64,000 bases of DNA from positions 3,776,001-3,840,000 of the forward strand of contig OZ244621.1 in the NCBI GenBank assembly GCA_965218425.1, given 5' to 3'. The notes below the pieces were generated by a model. That model worked only from the letters and a program-made list of their open reading frames with translations, ran no database searches and was not told the origin of the DNA. The stretch's first letter is position 1; every line of letters starts with the position of its first letter. Source of the stretch: an uncultured Candidatus Binatia bacterium (lineage in GTDB: Bacteria > Desulfobacterota > Binatia > UBA9968 > CAXXLF01). Both the position numbers and the translations under genes were made by a program. Shown here piece by piece: positions 1-10,672 of this stretch.

Positions 1-2
1 CG

Positions 3-1490
3 GACCGATTCGGGTTCCTGTTTGATAAAGTCGTTGATCGCAAGGGAAGGGCATATAAGGGCAAAGTGGCCTCTTCCGTGGTCACCCCAAACCGGGAGGT
101 CTACGCCTTGGCCATGGGCTGCCCTTTGAGCGAGGTTCACGATCGCTGGCACCATGCCATTGGTCACCCCATTCCAACCCGATCAGTCACGACGGGTCCA
201 GTCAAAGAGGAGATCCACCGGGGCGACGCTCTTATGGAACACGGTGGAATAAGAGAGTTTCCCATCCCCATCGCTACCAACGGCTGGGAGGCCTTCCCTC
301 GTATCACCGCTGGGGGATTCATTACCCGGGACCCCGAGACGGGTGTCATGAACGCGGGCATGTACAATAGCCTTGCTCTAGGACCAGCAAGGGCAAATGT
401 CCGGACCGCACGTCATTTGCGTCTTCACTGGAACAAGGCCCGTCGAAAAGGCGTCCCGCTGGAAGTGGCACTGGTCGTTGGGGCCGTACCGGTCGTCTCA
501 TTGGTAACCGCCACGGATATCCCCCATGGAACCTATGAATTGGATGTGGCGGGGGGCCTCATTGGTGAGCCCATAGAAGTGGTTCCCTGTGAGACCGTGA
601 ACCTTGAGGTTCCTGCAACCGCTGAGATCGTCATCGAAGGTGAGATTCCCACGGATCGGATGGATATTGATGGCCCCAGTGGTGAAAATCGTGGTCATGT
701 GATGCCAGGGGGCCTCGTCCATGCCTTTGAGATCAAGTGTATCACCCATCGAAGGGATCCCATTTGGCATGACGTTATCTGCCAGTTCCCCCCCAGTGAA
801 TCCAGCATGATGCGAATCGTCAACTGTGAAGGCCGTGTTTTATCCGTATTGAAGTCCCATGGCATTCCCCACATCAAAGATGCGGCCTTTCACCATTGCG
901 GCAGCGCTAGACATCTCTGTGTGATCCGTTTCCGCAACATTGACACCGCCCCGGTGCGGAACGCCGAAGTCTGGCAGGCCCTTTACACGGTCATGTCCGT
1001 TGACTCCGGCTGGCCGAAGATCGCTATTGCCGTGGATGAAGATATCGATCCCTGGGACCTGGAGTCAGTTTTCTGGGCCGTCTGTAACCGCTATCAGCCC
1101 CACCGGGACATGAAGGTCCTGCAGGGGAGAAGTGCAGGCTTGGACGAATCCGTGGCGCCACGAGAGCAGGCGTCTCCATCGCGCGGTTACCCGGTTTCCA
1201 TGACCGGTCCTCAAGGTGCCTCCATCATGTTAATGGACGCCACCCGGAAATGGGCCAATGCCCCCATCTCGTTGCCAAAAAAGGAATACATGGAACATGC
1301 TCGGGAGCTCTGGAATCAATGCAACCTGCCGCCCCTGAAACCAAGGGAGCCATGGCATGGAGTATCGCTCGGTTTTTGGCCCGACGAGGAGCAGGCCCTG
1401 GTCAGCCTTGCGGAACAGGGTCGTGAGGACGAGGCCGCTGAGCTCTTGTTGAGTAAACAACCCAAGTTGGCCAAACCCGGTGACGAGTGA
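3..1490 (+). CDS. UbiD-family (prFMN-dependent) decarboxylase, 5' end outside the window; atypical catalytic residues
   Basis: The frame is open from base 3 (DRFGFLFDKV...). UbiD features: ITRDPETGVMNAG, VPATAEIVIEG, DGPSGE (canonical EGPFGE), AVDEDIDPWDLESVFWA, DATRK. Confidence 0.9.
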   Translation, partial: DRFGFLFDKVVDRKGRAYKGKVASSVVTPNREVYALAMGCPLSEVHDRWHHAIGHPIPTRSVTTGPVKEEIHRGDALMEHGGIREFPIPIATNGWEAFPRITAGGFITRDPETGVMNAGMYNSLALGPARANVRTARHLRLHWNKARRKGVPLEVALVVGAVPVVSLVTATDIPHGTYELDVAGGLIGEPIEVVPCETVNLEVPATAEIVIEGEIPTDRMDIDGPSGENRGHVMPGGLVHAFEIKCITHRRDPIWHDVICQFPPSESSMMRIVNCEGRVLSVLKSHGIPHIKDAAFHHCGSARHLCVIRFRNIDTAPVRNAEVWQALYTVMSVDSGWPKIAIAVDEDIDPWDLESVFWAVCNRYQPHRDMKVLQGRSAGLDESVAPREQASPSRGYPVSMTGPQGASIMLMDATRKWANAPISLPKKEYMEHARELWNQCNLPPLKPREPWHGVSLGFWPDEEQALVSLAEQGREDEAAELLLSKQPKLAKPGDE

Positions 1491-1555
1491 GTCAGTTGCA
1501 CGGGTATTGGGGAATTGCTATGAGATGCTAATTCATCATCGAGGAGGATTATAAG

Positions 1556-2413
1556 ATGTCGTCGGCTTACCGTTCATGGTTCGTAAAATATAACGGGATC
1601 AAGACCCATTTCGTGGAAGCAGGAGAAGGGGACCCGGTGGTGCTGGTCCATGGCGGGGGACCGGGGGCATGTGGGGAGCACAATTGGTCAAATAACATCC
1701 CGGCCCTAGCGAAGCATTTTCATGTCTTTGCCATCGATCTCATCGGCTACGGTTTAACGGATAAACCATCCATTGACTATACTTACCAAGCCAAGGTGGC
1801 ACATGTGGCGGGCTTTATTGATGCCCTTGGTTTGGAGCAAACCCATTTGGGAGGAAACTCCATGGGTTCCTATATCGCAGTACGGTACGCGTTGGATAAC
1901 CCCGACCGGACGAAGAACGTGCTCATGGTGGCAACGGCAACTGTTGCAAACGCAATGGGGGTAGGCCAGGTGAGCCAGCAGGGCACCACCGTAAGGCAGG
2001 CTGTGGGGGACGAGGTTAACGAACAGACCATGCGCGACTGGCTGGGGATGCTGCTCAACAATAAGGAAAGAATTACCGATCAGTTGGTAAAACGGCGAGT
2101 TGAATATGGGAACCTTCCCGGAGCCATAGAGGCCCAGAAGTCCTACCGGAATCATAGCAATCGAATCAAGAAGGATCCCAATCTCCACCAGTACTTTGAC
2201 ATCAGTCATCGTTTGCCGAGGGTAACTTTTCCCCTCGCGTTAGTGTGGGGAAAGAACGACCGTTTTGCCCCCATTGAATTGGCGACGAATCTCCAAAAGG
2301 TTCTGCCCAACCTGAAAGAGTTTCATCTGGTTGAAGGTTCGGGGCATCAGGTCCAAAATGATCAACCGGATAAATTCAACGAGATCGCGATTAATTTTTT
2401 ATCGAACAAATAG
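1556..2413 (+). CDS. Alpha/beta hydrolase, meta-cleavage product hydrolase (BphD/MhpC-like)
   Basis: HGGGPG, GNSMG nucleophile elbow, WGKND and SGH motifs; GAGGAGG RBS. Confidence 0.85.
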   Translation: MSSAYRSWFVKYNGIKTHFVEAGEGDPVVLVHGGGPGACGEHNWSNNIPALAKHFHVFAIDLIGYGLTDKPSIDYTYQAKVAHVAGFIDALGLEQTHLGGNSMGSYIAVRYALDNPDRTKNVLMVATATVANAMGVGQVSQQGTTVRQAVGDEVNEQTMRDWLGMLLNNKERITDQLVKRRVEYGNLPGAIEAQKSYRNHSNRIKKDPNLHQYFDISHRLPRVTFPLALVWGKNDRFAPIELATNLQKVLPNLKEFHLVEGSGHQVQNDQPDKFNEIAINFLSNK

Positions 2414-2463
2414 CGTTTAATTGCGCATTGCGGACACTCAAATGTTTGCAGTCAGGAGGAACT

Positions 2464-2850
2464 ATGGCAAGGCGAAAACTCGTTGAGATTAAGGGTCATC
2501 CTGGGCACCGAAACCCCATACCGGTGTGCGTGACTCTGGGGGATCTGATTCTTCCGTCCGTTATCGGTGGGAACGACCCGCACGCCGGATCCACATCGCC
2601 GGATCCACAAAAACAGATAGAACAGGCGTTTCGTAACATGAAGGAGATCGTGGAGGCCGCAGGGGGGACCACGGATGGCATCGGTAAGATAATCTTCTAT
2701 CTCCAGGACATGAAATACCGCGAGTCCGTCAATATTGAGTGGTTGAAGATGTTTCCCAAGGATGACGATCGACCGGCCCGGCATGTGATCAAGGCCGAGC
2801 ATCTCACCGGTAATACAGTGATACAGATGGATGTCATCGCGTCTCGCTAA
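2464..2850 (+). CDS. RidA/YjgF family enamine/imine deaminase
   Basis: About 128 aa with QAFRNMKEIVEAAGG, NIEWLKMFP and RPAR (conserved Arg). ATG at 2464 follows AGGAGG. Confidence 0.85.
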   Translation: MARRKLVEIKGHPGHRNPIPVCVTLGDLILPSVIGGNDPHAGSTSPDPQKQIEQAFRNMKEIVEAAGGTTDGIGKIIFYLQDMKYRESVNIEWLKMFPKDDDRPARHVIKAEHLTGNTVIQMDVIASR

Positions 2851-3033
2851 TGGGTCGGTTCTCGCAACTCGGCTTCTGGCCGATGGCAATTTGGAAATGG
2901 AATTTTTAAAGACCACCATGGTCCGGAAGAAACATCAGGCGGCCCGTTTTAGGCATACGGGGGCTGGCCCGGTAGGAAATCGTAGGTTTGGCTTCTCACA
3001 GGAATGTAGAGCCAAAGTTTTAAGAGGAACAGC

Positions 3034-3879
3034 ATGAAGATTGTTGTCACGGGCGGGTCCGGAAAAGTTGGAAAATACGTCGTCACGGAGTTGGTGGAGG
3101 CAAAGCACGAGATCACCATCTTTGACCCCTTTCCCCCTTCTCAATTGGAAGGGGTCCGGTGGGTGAAGGGGGACCTTCAAGACCTGGGTCAGGTGATTAG
3201 CGGCTTTGCAGCAGGTATGGAAGCCGTAATTCATCTGGCTGCCTATCCCATTCCTTACCGAGAAATTCCGGACCATGTGCTCTTCTCCAACAATACCCTG
3301 GCAACCTACAACGTGCATGAGGCCGCCTTTCGGTTAGGTATATCTAAGGTGGTTTCAATGAGTAGCGGGGCCATTGTTGGATGGGCCTATGGCAGCCGGG
3401 ATTTCCGCCCGGAATATTTACCCGTGGACGAAAACCATCCTCTTTCCCCGCAGGATCCCTATGGGCTGTCCAAGCTCTGCGGAGAGCATATTGCTCGATC
3501 CTTTACACTCAAATGTGACATGGACACGATTGCGCTCAGGCCCGCCTGGGTACTATTCCCTGAAATGGTGGAATTTCTTAGGCGCCAAGGGGGCAGAAAA
3601 CCTACAAAGTTCGACGTCTTTACCTACATCGATCCACGGGACCTGGCCAGGGCCACCAAACAGGCGGTGGAGTTGTCAGGGGTTGGTCACGAAGCATTTT
3701 ATATTGTAGCCGATGACAGCACCGCCAGCGAGCCCTTGTGTGATCTCCTGCCGCGCTTAATGCCGGGACTGGGAGATATGGCACAGTCCTTGGCGGGCCA
3801 ACGCGCCGGCATATCCAATGAGAAGGCGAAACGTGGACTCCGTTGGCAACCTCGCCATTCCTGGAGGACGCCGGCGTGA
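3034..3879 (+). CDS. NAD-dependent epimerase/dehydratase (extended SDR)
   Basis: VTGGSGKVG, HLAA and YGLSK motifs. Confidence 0.88.
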   Translation: MKIVVTGGSGKVGKYVVTELVEAKHEITIFDPFPPSQLEGVRWVKGDLQDLGQVISGFAAGMEAVIHLAAYPIPYREIPDHVLFSNNTLATYNVHEAAFRLGISKVVSMSSGAIVGWAYGSRDFRPEYLPVDENHPLSPQDPYGLSKLCGEHIARSFTLKCDMDTIALRPAWVLFPEMVEFLRRQGGRKPTKFDVFTYIDPRDLARATKQAVELSGVGHEAFYIVADDSTASEPLCDLLPRLMPGLGDMAQSLAGQRAGISNEKAKRGLRWQPRHSWRTPA

Positions 3880-3932
3880 AGATCCCACCCTACCAATCTT
3901 AAATTTGCAGGTTAAAAGACTTTCCAACCGGA

Positions 3933-5087
3933 TCAGGATACTTTCTGATAGGCTTGGTCCGCCTGGTTTACCGTATTGCGATCCGGGGAATCAATGTCCG
4001 ATGGTTGAGCTTTCCGAGCGGTTTTGGCGGCAAATTTACGCCAAACAACGATACCGGTGTCAATGGAAGAGAGACTTTCAGAACTATAATCTTGAGACTC
4101 TATCAATCGTTTGTCCTGTCGTAAAAACGGAACTTGCAGCGGTTGCATCGCCAGGTGCCACCATAGTTTGAGACCAAGTTTGCGAATTTGTGATTTCGGG
4201 TGTGTGACAATAAAACCCACATATCGGGTTTGATGGGTGTCTATGGGTACCGGCCAGCCCACGTTGACGTGATCCACGCCAAAGTAGGGGTCCCGCATAC
4301 AGAGGATGAGGTAGCCGGGCATGCGAAGCTCCGCCGAAGGAGTGGGGCCTCTCATGCCGGAAATTGCACGCCACCAAAGGCTACGTGGGAATTTACCCAG
4401 GCCCGGATAATCGGACTGAAGCCCTCCACCAATGGCCCGTAAATTGAAGCCCTTGCCGTCCGGCAGGGGCTGTACGGACATCTTAGCCCAAGCCGCCACC
4501 TTGCGAAACAGCATCCTTAGGGATGTCCTGTGAACGAAGGGGGCGTGACACATATCCGCATAATTGTCTGTTATGTGGCGCCAGTTACACTCCCATTGCC
4601 AGACGATGATTTGCGAGAAGGCATTGGGTTCTAGCATGGATGGGGGTAAGTCCTCATCCAAGGGAGGGGCAATCCCTTCACCCATATAGGCCCAAACCAA
4701 TCCGTGACGTTCATCCGTTTGGTATGCTCTGACCCGAACCTTTCCCGGCAATTGAGAGTCCGGGCCCTCCACAATGGCGGCTACGCAATTCCCATCCGCA
4801 TTGTAAGTCCAACCGTGATAGCCGCAACTGATGGTTCCCGGAAAAAGAATGCGCCCGCGCGACAGCATCGTACCACGGTGGGGGCAGCGGTCCTCCAGGG
4901 CTGCGACCTTTCCCCCTTCCGTACGAAACAACACGATATCCTCACCGAGGACTCGAATGGGGAAAGGCCGTTTCCCCACCTTCCTCGATGGAGTTATGGG
5001 GTACCAATAGTTCTTAAAACCAAGTTCGGGAAGAGAGTCCCATGGCGCCTGCGGATCGCTGGTTTCTTTTTCGATATCCTTTTCCAT
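3933..5087 (-). CDS. Rieske non-heme iron oxygenase alpha subunit (alpha3 type, CarAa/OxoO/VanA-like)
   Basis: LGFKNYWYP, Rieske CPHRG...CGYHG, mononuclear Fe motif NYADMCHAPFVH, late QD. Confidence 0.9.
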   Translation of the reverse strand: MEKDIEKETSDPQAPWDSLPELGFKNYWYPITPSRKVGKRPFPIRVLGEDIVLFRTEGGKVAALEDRCPHRGTMLSRGRILFPGTISCGYHGWTYNADGNCVAAIVEGPDSQLPGKVRVRAYQTDERHGLVWAYMGEGIAPPLDEDLPPSMLEPNAFSQIIVWQWECNWRHITDNYADMCHAPFVHRTSLRMLFRKVAAWAKMSVQPLPDGKGFNLRAIGGGLQSDYPGLGKFPRSLWWRAISGMRGPTPSAELRMPGYLILCMRDPYFGVDHVNVGWPVPIDTHQTRYVGFIVTHPKSQIRKLGLKLWWHLAMQPLQVPFLRQDKRLIESQDYSSESLSSIDTGIVVWRKFAAKTARKAQPSDIDSPDRNTVNQADQAYQKVS

Positions 5088-5377
5088 GGACCTCTCCTCA
5101 GTGGTACCAAATTTCGGGGCGGTGTTGAAAGCCTCAACCTCTATACCTGTGTCCTATTCATACCCATAGATCGTGCTCAATTCGCATCGAAAATGGAGGC
5201 ATTTCGCTTCGCCTCCTCCTATACGAGGCCTAGCCAATACTGTAGATAGTCTCGCAATTTATCCCTTGAAGCGCAACCCCTTGATTGCCGCTATATTGGT
5301 TTCTGGCGCAGGGTGTTCGAAGCTTGCGTCCAATTTAAACTGCAACGCCTCTCAGAGTGTCCTGTGAGTGTTTGACA

Positions 5378-5406
5378 TTGACAGAAAACAGCGGATCTAA
5401 TATCTT
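5378..5406 (+). promoter_or_regulatory. Sigma70-type promoter upstream of the ABC ATPase
   Basis: TTGACA (5378-5383), 17-bp spacer, TATCTT (5401-5406). Confidence 0.55.
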
Positions 5407-5484
5407 GCTGGAATTCTGAGCATTTTTGCCAGTAGCAACCCGTTATGGGTGTTGATTAACTCGGCAGTTGTACTTGATAAGAAT

Positions 5485-6600
5485 ATGGATAAGATCCCTC
5501 TTCATGCAAGAGGTTTGGTCAAACGATTCGGCTCTGTGACGGCCGTTGATGGGGTTTCTTTTACCGTGAATCAGGGTGAGCTGGTCACATTGCTTGGGCC
5601 CAGCGGCTGCGGTAAGACGACCACGTTGAGAATGGTGGCTGGATTTGAAAAACCCGATGAAGGCGAGCTCGAGATTGATGGCCGAATGGTTGTCTCCACG
5701 AGCCGGCGCATTTATGTCCCGCCAGAAAAGCGCGGCCTGGGTATGGTGTTTCAGAGCTATGCCGTGTGGCCACACATGACCGTTTTCGAGAATGTTGCGT
5801 ATCCGCTCAGTAACCGCAAAATGAAACGGCAGCAGGTTAGGGACCGCGTGCAGGAAACACTGGCCATGGTCGGTCTTGAGGGTCTTGGGGATCGTCCGGC
5901 GACGCTTCTCAGCGGCGGACAACAGCAACGCGTGGCCTTGGCCCGCTCTCTCGTATACTCCCCGAGTATCTTGCTTTTGGATGAGCCCTTTAGCAATTTG
6001 GATGCGAAGTTGCGAGACCAGATGCGGCTAGAGGTTAAACGGTTGCAGGACCGTCTATCCCTGACGGTCCTATTTGTTACCCACGACCAAACAGAGGCTT
6101 CTAGTCTCTCCAGCCGGATAGCGGTAATGCGTGACGGGCGTATCGAGCAAATGGGCCCCCCCAACGATCTCTATGAACAACCCGAAACGCTTTTTGTGGA
6201 GAGCTTTCTTGGGTCCACTATTCAACTGGAGGGCACCATAGTGACCGAAGACCAGCAGGGGCTACAAATGGAGTTGGTGGCGGGGGCCAGGCTCCAGGCG
6301 GTTTCGAGAACCTCCGTTGATAAACTGATCCCCGGGCGCAAAGTCACGGTGACCATTCGGCCGGAGGACCTTGTGATTCAACAAAACCACGGCTCCACTC
6401 AACAGAACATCCTCACTTGTCAAGTAGAATCCATCACCCGCCTTGGAAGCTCCTATGAGGTGCTGGTGCGGCTGGGTGATCAATTCCACAAGCTTGTCAT
6501 GAGCCGGGACGCAGTCCAATCCACGGGGATTGCCGGCGGTCAATCGGTACATTTGCATCTGCCCATGGAGTCCATGCGCCTTTGGCCCCGTGAGGGCTAA
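5485..6600 (+). CDS. ABC transporter ATP-binding protein (FbpC/PotA type)
   Basis: Walker A GPSGCGKT, LSGGQQQR signature, LLLDEP, C-terminal TOBE-like region. Confidence 0.93.
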   Translation: MDKIPLHARGLVKRFGSVTAVDGVSFTVNQGELVTLLGPSGCGKTTTLRMVAGFEKPDEGELEIDGRMVVSTSRRIYVPPEKRGLGMVFQSYAVWPHMTVFENVAYPLSNRKMKRQQVRDRVQETLAMVGLEGLGDRPATLLSGGQQQRVALARSLVYSPSILLLDEPFSNLDAKLRDQMRLEVKRLQDRLSLTVLFVTHDQTEASSLSSRIAVMRDGRIEQMGPPNDLYEQPETLFVESFLGSTIQLEGTIVTEDQQGLQMELVAGARLQAVSRTSVDKLIPGRKVTVTIRPEDLVIQQNHGSTQQNILTCQVESITRLGSSYEVLVRLGDQFHKLVMSRDAVQSTGIAGGQSVHLHLPMESMRLWPREG

Positions 6601-6745
6601 GAAGCGATAAATATCCTCGTTAGACCGTGGAGTTACGCAGATCATTACCTCAGATGGCTTCCTTGACAAGGTAGAGGGCATATTGTAAAAGCGTATCCCT
6701 GCTCGCGCACAAGTGGAAACAGCATCGTCACATTGGAGGGGGACA

Positions 6746-7846
6746 ATGAGAAACGTTTATTATTTGTTCGTTGTTTTAATCGGCTGGGTACTGTTCGCTT
6801 GGCCCACCGGCAGCGTTGCCGGAGAATGGGAGCAAGTTTTGGCTGGTGCCAAACGGGAAGGAAAGCTCGTCATCATGGGGCCCGGTGGGGCCTCTACACG
6901 GGTGGCTCTGACGCAAGGATTTAGAAAAAAGTACCCTTGGATAAAGGTGGATTTTAGCGGAAGCAGGGGGTCACAGATCCCTCCCAAGCTGCTCAACGAG
7001 CGTCGGGCCAATCATTATCGGGTGGACCTGGTAATCGGCGGGACGACTACGATGCTTACGGGATTGATGAGGACGAATACCCTGGACCCCGCTCGACCCT
7101 TCCTTGTGGGAGCTGACATTCAACCTTCGAAGTGGCTGGGGGGCAAGCTAGATTTCGCCGATAATGCAGGCAAGTACGCTCTGGTAATGTCATCCTATGT
7201 CAAGGCTGCAATTGCCTATAATCCACGTGTAATTTCTGAGAAAGAGGTCAAGTCCTGGAAATCTTGGAAAGACCTCCTCCGTCCAAAGTGGAAAGGGAAG
7301 ATGTCGTCCAGAGATCCAAGCAGCGCGGGAACGGGCCAGGCCATGTTCGTTTTCTGGTATAGTACCAAGGGACTTGGAACGGAGTATATCAAGCAAATAC
7401 TTGCGCAAGACCTAATTCTGTCTAACAGAGACCGCCAGCTCATCGATTGGCTTGTTCGCGGTCAGTATCCCATCTCCCTCGGCCTATCCGAACGTGCCGC
7501 ACTCCCGGTGATGAAGGCAGGCGGGCCCCTTAAGTTTTTGCAGGCGGACGAGTTAAAAGAAAGGTTTTACATCACCGCTGGTGCCGGCAGTCTGGGGGTG
7601 GTTAACAAAGCGCCTCATCCCAATGCCCTGAAGGTTTATCTCAACTACTTGCTGGGACAGGAAGGGCAACTGGCTTTCAGCCAGGCCAACGGATATCCCA
7701 GCCGGCGTGTGGATGTGTCTAGAGAGCATTTGACGGTTCGTAAGGCTCCGCAAGTGGGCGTGGATTACCAGTTGAACTACAAGGAACCGTTCGTGGATAT
7801 GAGGGGGAAGATGATCAAAGTCGTCAAACCCCTGCTGAAGCGCTAA
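6746..7846 (+). CDS. ABC transporter substrate-binding protein (AfuA/FbpA-like fold)
   Basis: Signal peptide, AKREG, YNP, DLLxPKWKG and APHPNA motifs; GGAGG RBS before ATG 6746. Confidence 0.88.
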   Translation: MRNVYYLFVVLIGWVLFAWPTGSVAGEWEQVLAGAKREGKLVIMGPGGASTRVALTQGFRKKYPWIKVDFSGSRGSQIPPKLLNERRANHYRVDLVIGGTTTMLTGLMRTNTLDPARPFLVGADIQPSKWLGGKLDFADNAGKYALVMSSYVKAAIAYNPRVISEKEVKSWKSWKDLLRPKWKGKMSSRDPSSAGTGQAMFVFWYSTKGLGTEYIKQILAQDLILSNRDRQLIDWLVRGQYPISLGLSERAALPVMKAGGPLKFLQADELKERFYITAGAGSLGVVNKAPHPNALKVYLNYLLGQEGQLAFSQANGYPSRRVDVSREHLTVRKAPQVGVDYQLNYKEPFVDMRGKMIKVVKPLLKR

Positions 7847-7984
7847 GGAGGTTTTGGGGGAATCCCAAAAAGGGCATCTCTTGCTTCAACCCAAGCCGAT
7901 CCATGGTTTTGTAAGCATGGCGACTTTCATCGGTCCAATGGTAACAGCGATTGTAAATAATTAAGTCCTTGAATGATGCGGCAA

Positions 7985-9178
7985 CTAACCGGTGGGGACG
8001 CTGTTTTCGGAGGCCTTTCGGTGATCTTGCCCTCCTCCATCGAGTCCAATTTGTTCGCCGGTGGCTCCGCCAGGAAATTCAGCCCTTCTAGCAACCTTTG
8101 GGGCAAGGTGGCGCCACGCAACAATGCCCGTGTCAATCGAGGAAAGTGATTCGGAAACGTAATCTTGGGTTTCAACCAAACGTTTGTCTTGGCGAAGAAA
8201 CGCAAAGTGTAGGTATCGGTAATACTTCCACCATAGGTTCAAGAACCATCGTCGTAGAGCATTCTTTGGGTAGGTGATGATAAATCCCACATATTGAGTG
8301 AAATGCTCGTCTATGGGAACCGGCCAGCCCACGTTATCATGCTCCACTCCAAGAAACGCATCCATTTGCCCCCTGAGGATCAGATATCCCGGCATTCGTA
8401 ACTCGGCTTTGTAACCGAATCCCTCCGGTCGGTCCTTTTGCTTCCGCGATATCACCCGCCACCAGCGCGAGCGAGGATATCGCCCAAGACCGGCAAACTC
8501 AGCATCCAACCCGCCGCCCACGCTTGCAACGTACAAACCCTTCCCATCCGACATAGGCTGTACGGACATGCTTGCCGAGACTGGAACTTTAAGGAAGATA
8601 AATTTCATGGATCTACGGTGGACATAGGGTGCATGACACATGTCACCATAGTTGTCGACTACATGGCGCCAGTTGCACGCCCATTTCCAGATGGTCAGTT
8701 GAGGATAGGCATGGGGCTGACGCAAAGGTGAGGGCAGGTCCTCCTCAAGCGGGGTCGCTTCGCCGTCGCCAAGGTAGGTCCACACGACCCCAAATCGCTC
8801 CTGCGCTTGATAACTCTTTACCCTTACATTGCCTGGTAACCGCGATTCTGGACCTTCCACAATCGCCGCTACACACTCCCCATGCTCATTGTACGTCCAA
8901 CCGTGATATCCACAACTCAACGTTCCCGGAAAAATGACTCTCCCTCTCGATAGCTTGGTACCCCGATGGGGACACCGATCCACTAACACAGCGATTTTAC
9001 CCCCGTGCCCCCTGAACAGCACCAATTCTTCCCCCAAAACCTTCACCGATACCGGCCGCCTGCCCACCCTGCGTGACTCAATGATCGGATACCAGTAGTT
9101 GCGAAACCCAATGGTAGGAAGAGAATCGGCAGCGCTACCTGATCGGGAACTCTTCTTTGGCACCGACGGGGGATTCAT
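7985..9178 (-). CDS. Rieske oxygenase alpha subunit, paralog of 3933-5087
   Basis: IGFRNYWYP, CPHRG...CGYHG, NYGDMCHAPYVH. Confidence 0.9.
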   Translation of the reverse strand: MNPPSVPKKSSRSGSAADSLPTIGFRNYWYPIIESRRVGRRPVSVKVLGEELVLFRGHGGKIAVLVDRCPHRGTKLSRGRVIFPGTLSCGYHGWTYNEHGECVAAIVEGPESRLPGNVRVKSYQAQERFGVVWTYLGDGEATPLEEDLPSPLRQPHAYPQLTIWKWACNWRHVVDNYGDMCHAPYVHRRSMKFIFLKVPVSASMSVQPMSDGKGLYVASVGGGLDAEFAGLGRYPRSRWWRVISRKQKDRPEGFGYKAELRMPGYLILRGQMDAFLGVEHDNVGWPVPIDEHFTQYVGFIITYPKNALRRWFLNLWWKYYRYLHFAFLRQDKRLVETQDYVSESLSSIDTGIVAWRHLAPKVARRAEFPGGATGEQIGLDGGGQDHRKASENSVPTG

Positions 9179-9217
9179 AGTTCAACTCTTTACATGACCC
9201 GTAGAGAGGTCGAGCCT

Positions 9218-10672
9218 TCAAAAAAGCGCATCTTTCCATTTGGACCGGAGATTGGCCAGTAGGTCTCGGTTCGCTGCGCCGACGGGCGGGAATTCTTTAC
9301 GCCAGTGGAACGGTCGAGTAGCATCAATGATTAAGCGAGAATTTGTAAAATCACCACTGGCTCGCTTCTCAGGGGAGATACGGGGGTCTAAGGGAGTACT
9401 CCAACAATTACGGATGACCTCGGCGGATTCTTCCGGGTCTGATCGTGTCCAAAGGGCCCAGAGAACCTCATCCGTGTTATAAGGGTCGATATCCTCTTCC
9501 ACGACTATGATGTAACGCCCAAGATACGCTCCCGCCCGACACTGGGCAGCTACCATTGCCGCCTGTTTTGCATGCCCTGCGTATTGTTGGGCGATGGATA
9601 TAACGAGGAATCCGGGTCCTGCCGACGGCAAGCGTGCAACGCTTTTGATTTCTGGTACGCCGGCTGCCTCCAATGCATCCCAGATCAACGCGTGCTTGAT
9701 AATGGCTGAGGTATGATAATACGCACCTGGCGGACGTGTCGGTTGGTAACCTAGGATAATGGGATCCCGACGGTGGTACAGAGCCTTGACTTGGAGGTAG
9801 GGCTCCTCACGAGCTCGACTGGCGTAATACCCGGTAAACTCTCCAAAGGGGCCTTCGGGTTTTAACCTGTCTGGGTAGACAAAACCTTCGACGGCGATTT
9901 CAGCGTGCGCGGGAATTGGAAGCCCTGTGACAGATCCACGGACAACCTCTACGGGTTGATCCTTGACGGCTCCGACCCATTCATACTCATTGGTCGACGA
10001 CGGTAAATTCTCGCCGCCTGCGACGAGGAGAAGGGGATCCATTCCGAACGCGGCGGCAACGGGCATGGGCTCACCCCGCGCGAAATACTTGTCCCTATGG
10101 AGTCGTCCTTGCTTGCCCGGAGAAATGTACAGGCCGATCTCATCATGCCCCAGCACCATCATCCTGTACGTCCCGACATTGATCTGACCTGACTCGGGGT
10201 CCCGAGTGATTACGATATCACCGGTGCCTAAATAACGACCTCCGTCACTTTCATGCCATCGGGGTGTTGGGAAGGTACTGAGGTCAATATTGGCTCCGCT
10301 GAGAACGGTCTCCAAAACAGGGCCGTCCTTGACCTCCTGAACCGGCATGAGGCGCATGTGTTTAGATTTATTGCGCCATGTCTGAACCAGTTCGGTTGGA
10401 GTCAAGTGGGTTGGCAAACCCAACGCTGCAGCAGCCAACTCTCTACCCGCAACGGCGTTGGTCATGACCCGCCAGCCCGGGGGGTACCCTTTTATGTTGT
10501 CAAATAGCAAACAGGGCGTGTTGTCTGGATGGAGCTGGAGCATGAGCTCAGTCAAACCGCCAATTTCCAGATCCCAGTCAACCCCGCTGAAATGTTTAAG
10601 TTTGCCTAAATGATTGGCCAGATCAACCCAGTCTCGAAGGTCCTTGAGTTTGTTCCCTGCAAGCGGCTCCAT
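9218..10672 (-). CDS. UbiD-family decarboxylase
   Basis: DLRDW, LLFDNIKGY, DGGRYLGTG, NVGTYR and EGPFGEFTGYY motifs. Likely ATG at 10672. Confidence 0.93.
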   Translation of the reverse strand: MEPLAGNKLKDLRDWVDLANHLGKLKHFSGVDWDLEIGGLTELMLQLHPDNTPCLLFDNIKGYPPGWRVMTNAVAGRELAAAALGLPTHLTPTELVQTWRNKSKHMRLMPVQEVKDGPVLETVLSGANIDLSTFPTPRWHESDGGRYLGTGDIVITRDPESGQINVGTYRMMVLGHDEIGLYISPGKQGRLHRDKYFARGEPMPVAAAFGMDPLLLVAGGENLPSSTNEYEWVGAVKDQPVEVVRGSVTGLPIPAHAEIAVEGFVYPDRLKPEGPFGEFTGYYASRAREEPYLQVKALYHRRDPIILGYQPTRPPGAYYHTSAIIKHALIWDALEAAGVPEIKSVARLPSAGPGFLVISIAQQYAGHAKQAAMVAAQCRAGAYLGRYIIVVEEDIDPYNTDEVLWALWTRSDPEESAEVIRNCWSTPLDPRISPEKRASGDFTNSRLIIDATRPFHWRKEFPPVGAANRDLLANLRSKWKDALF

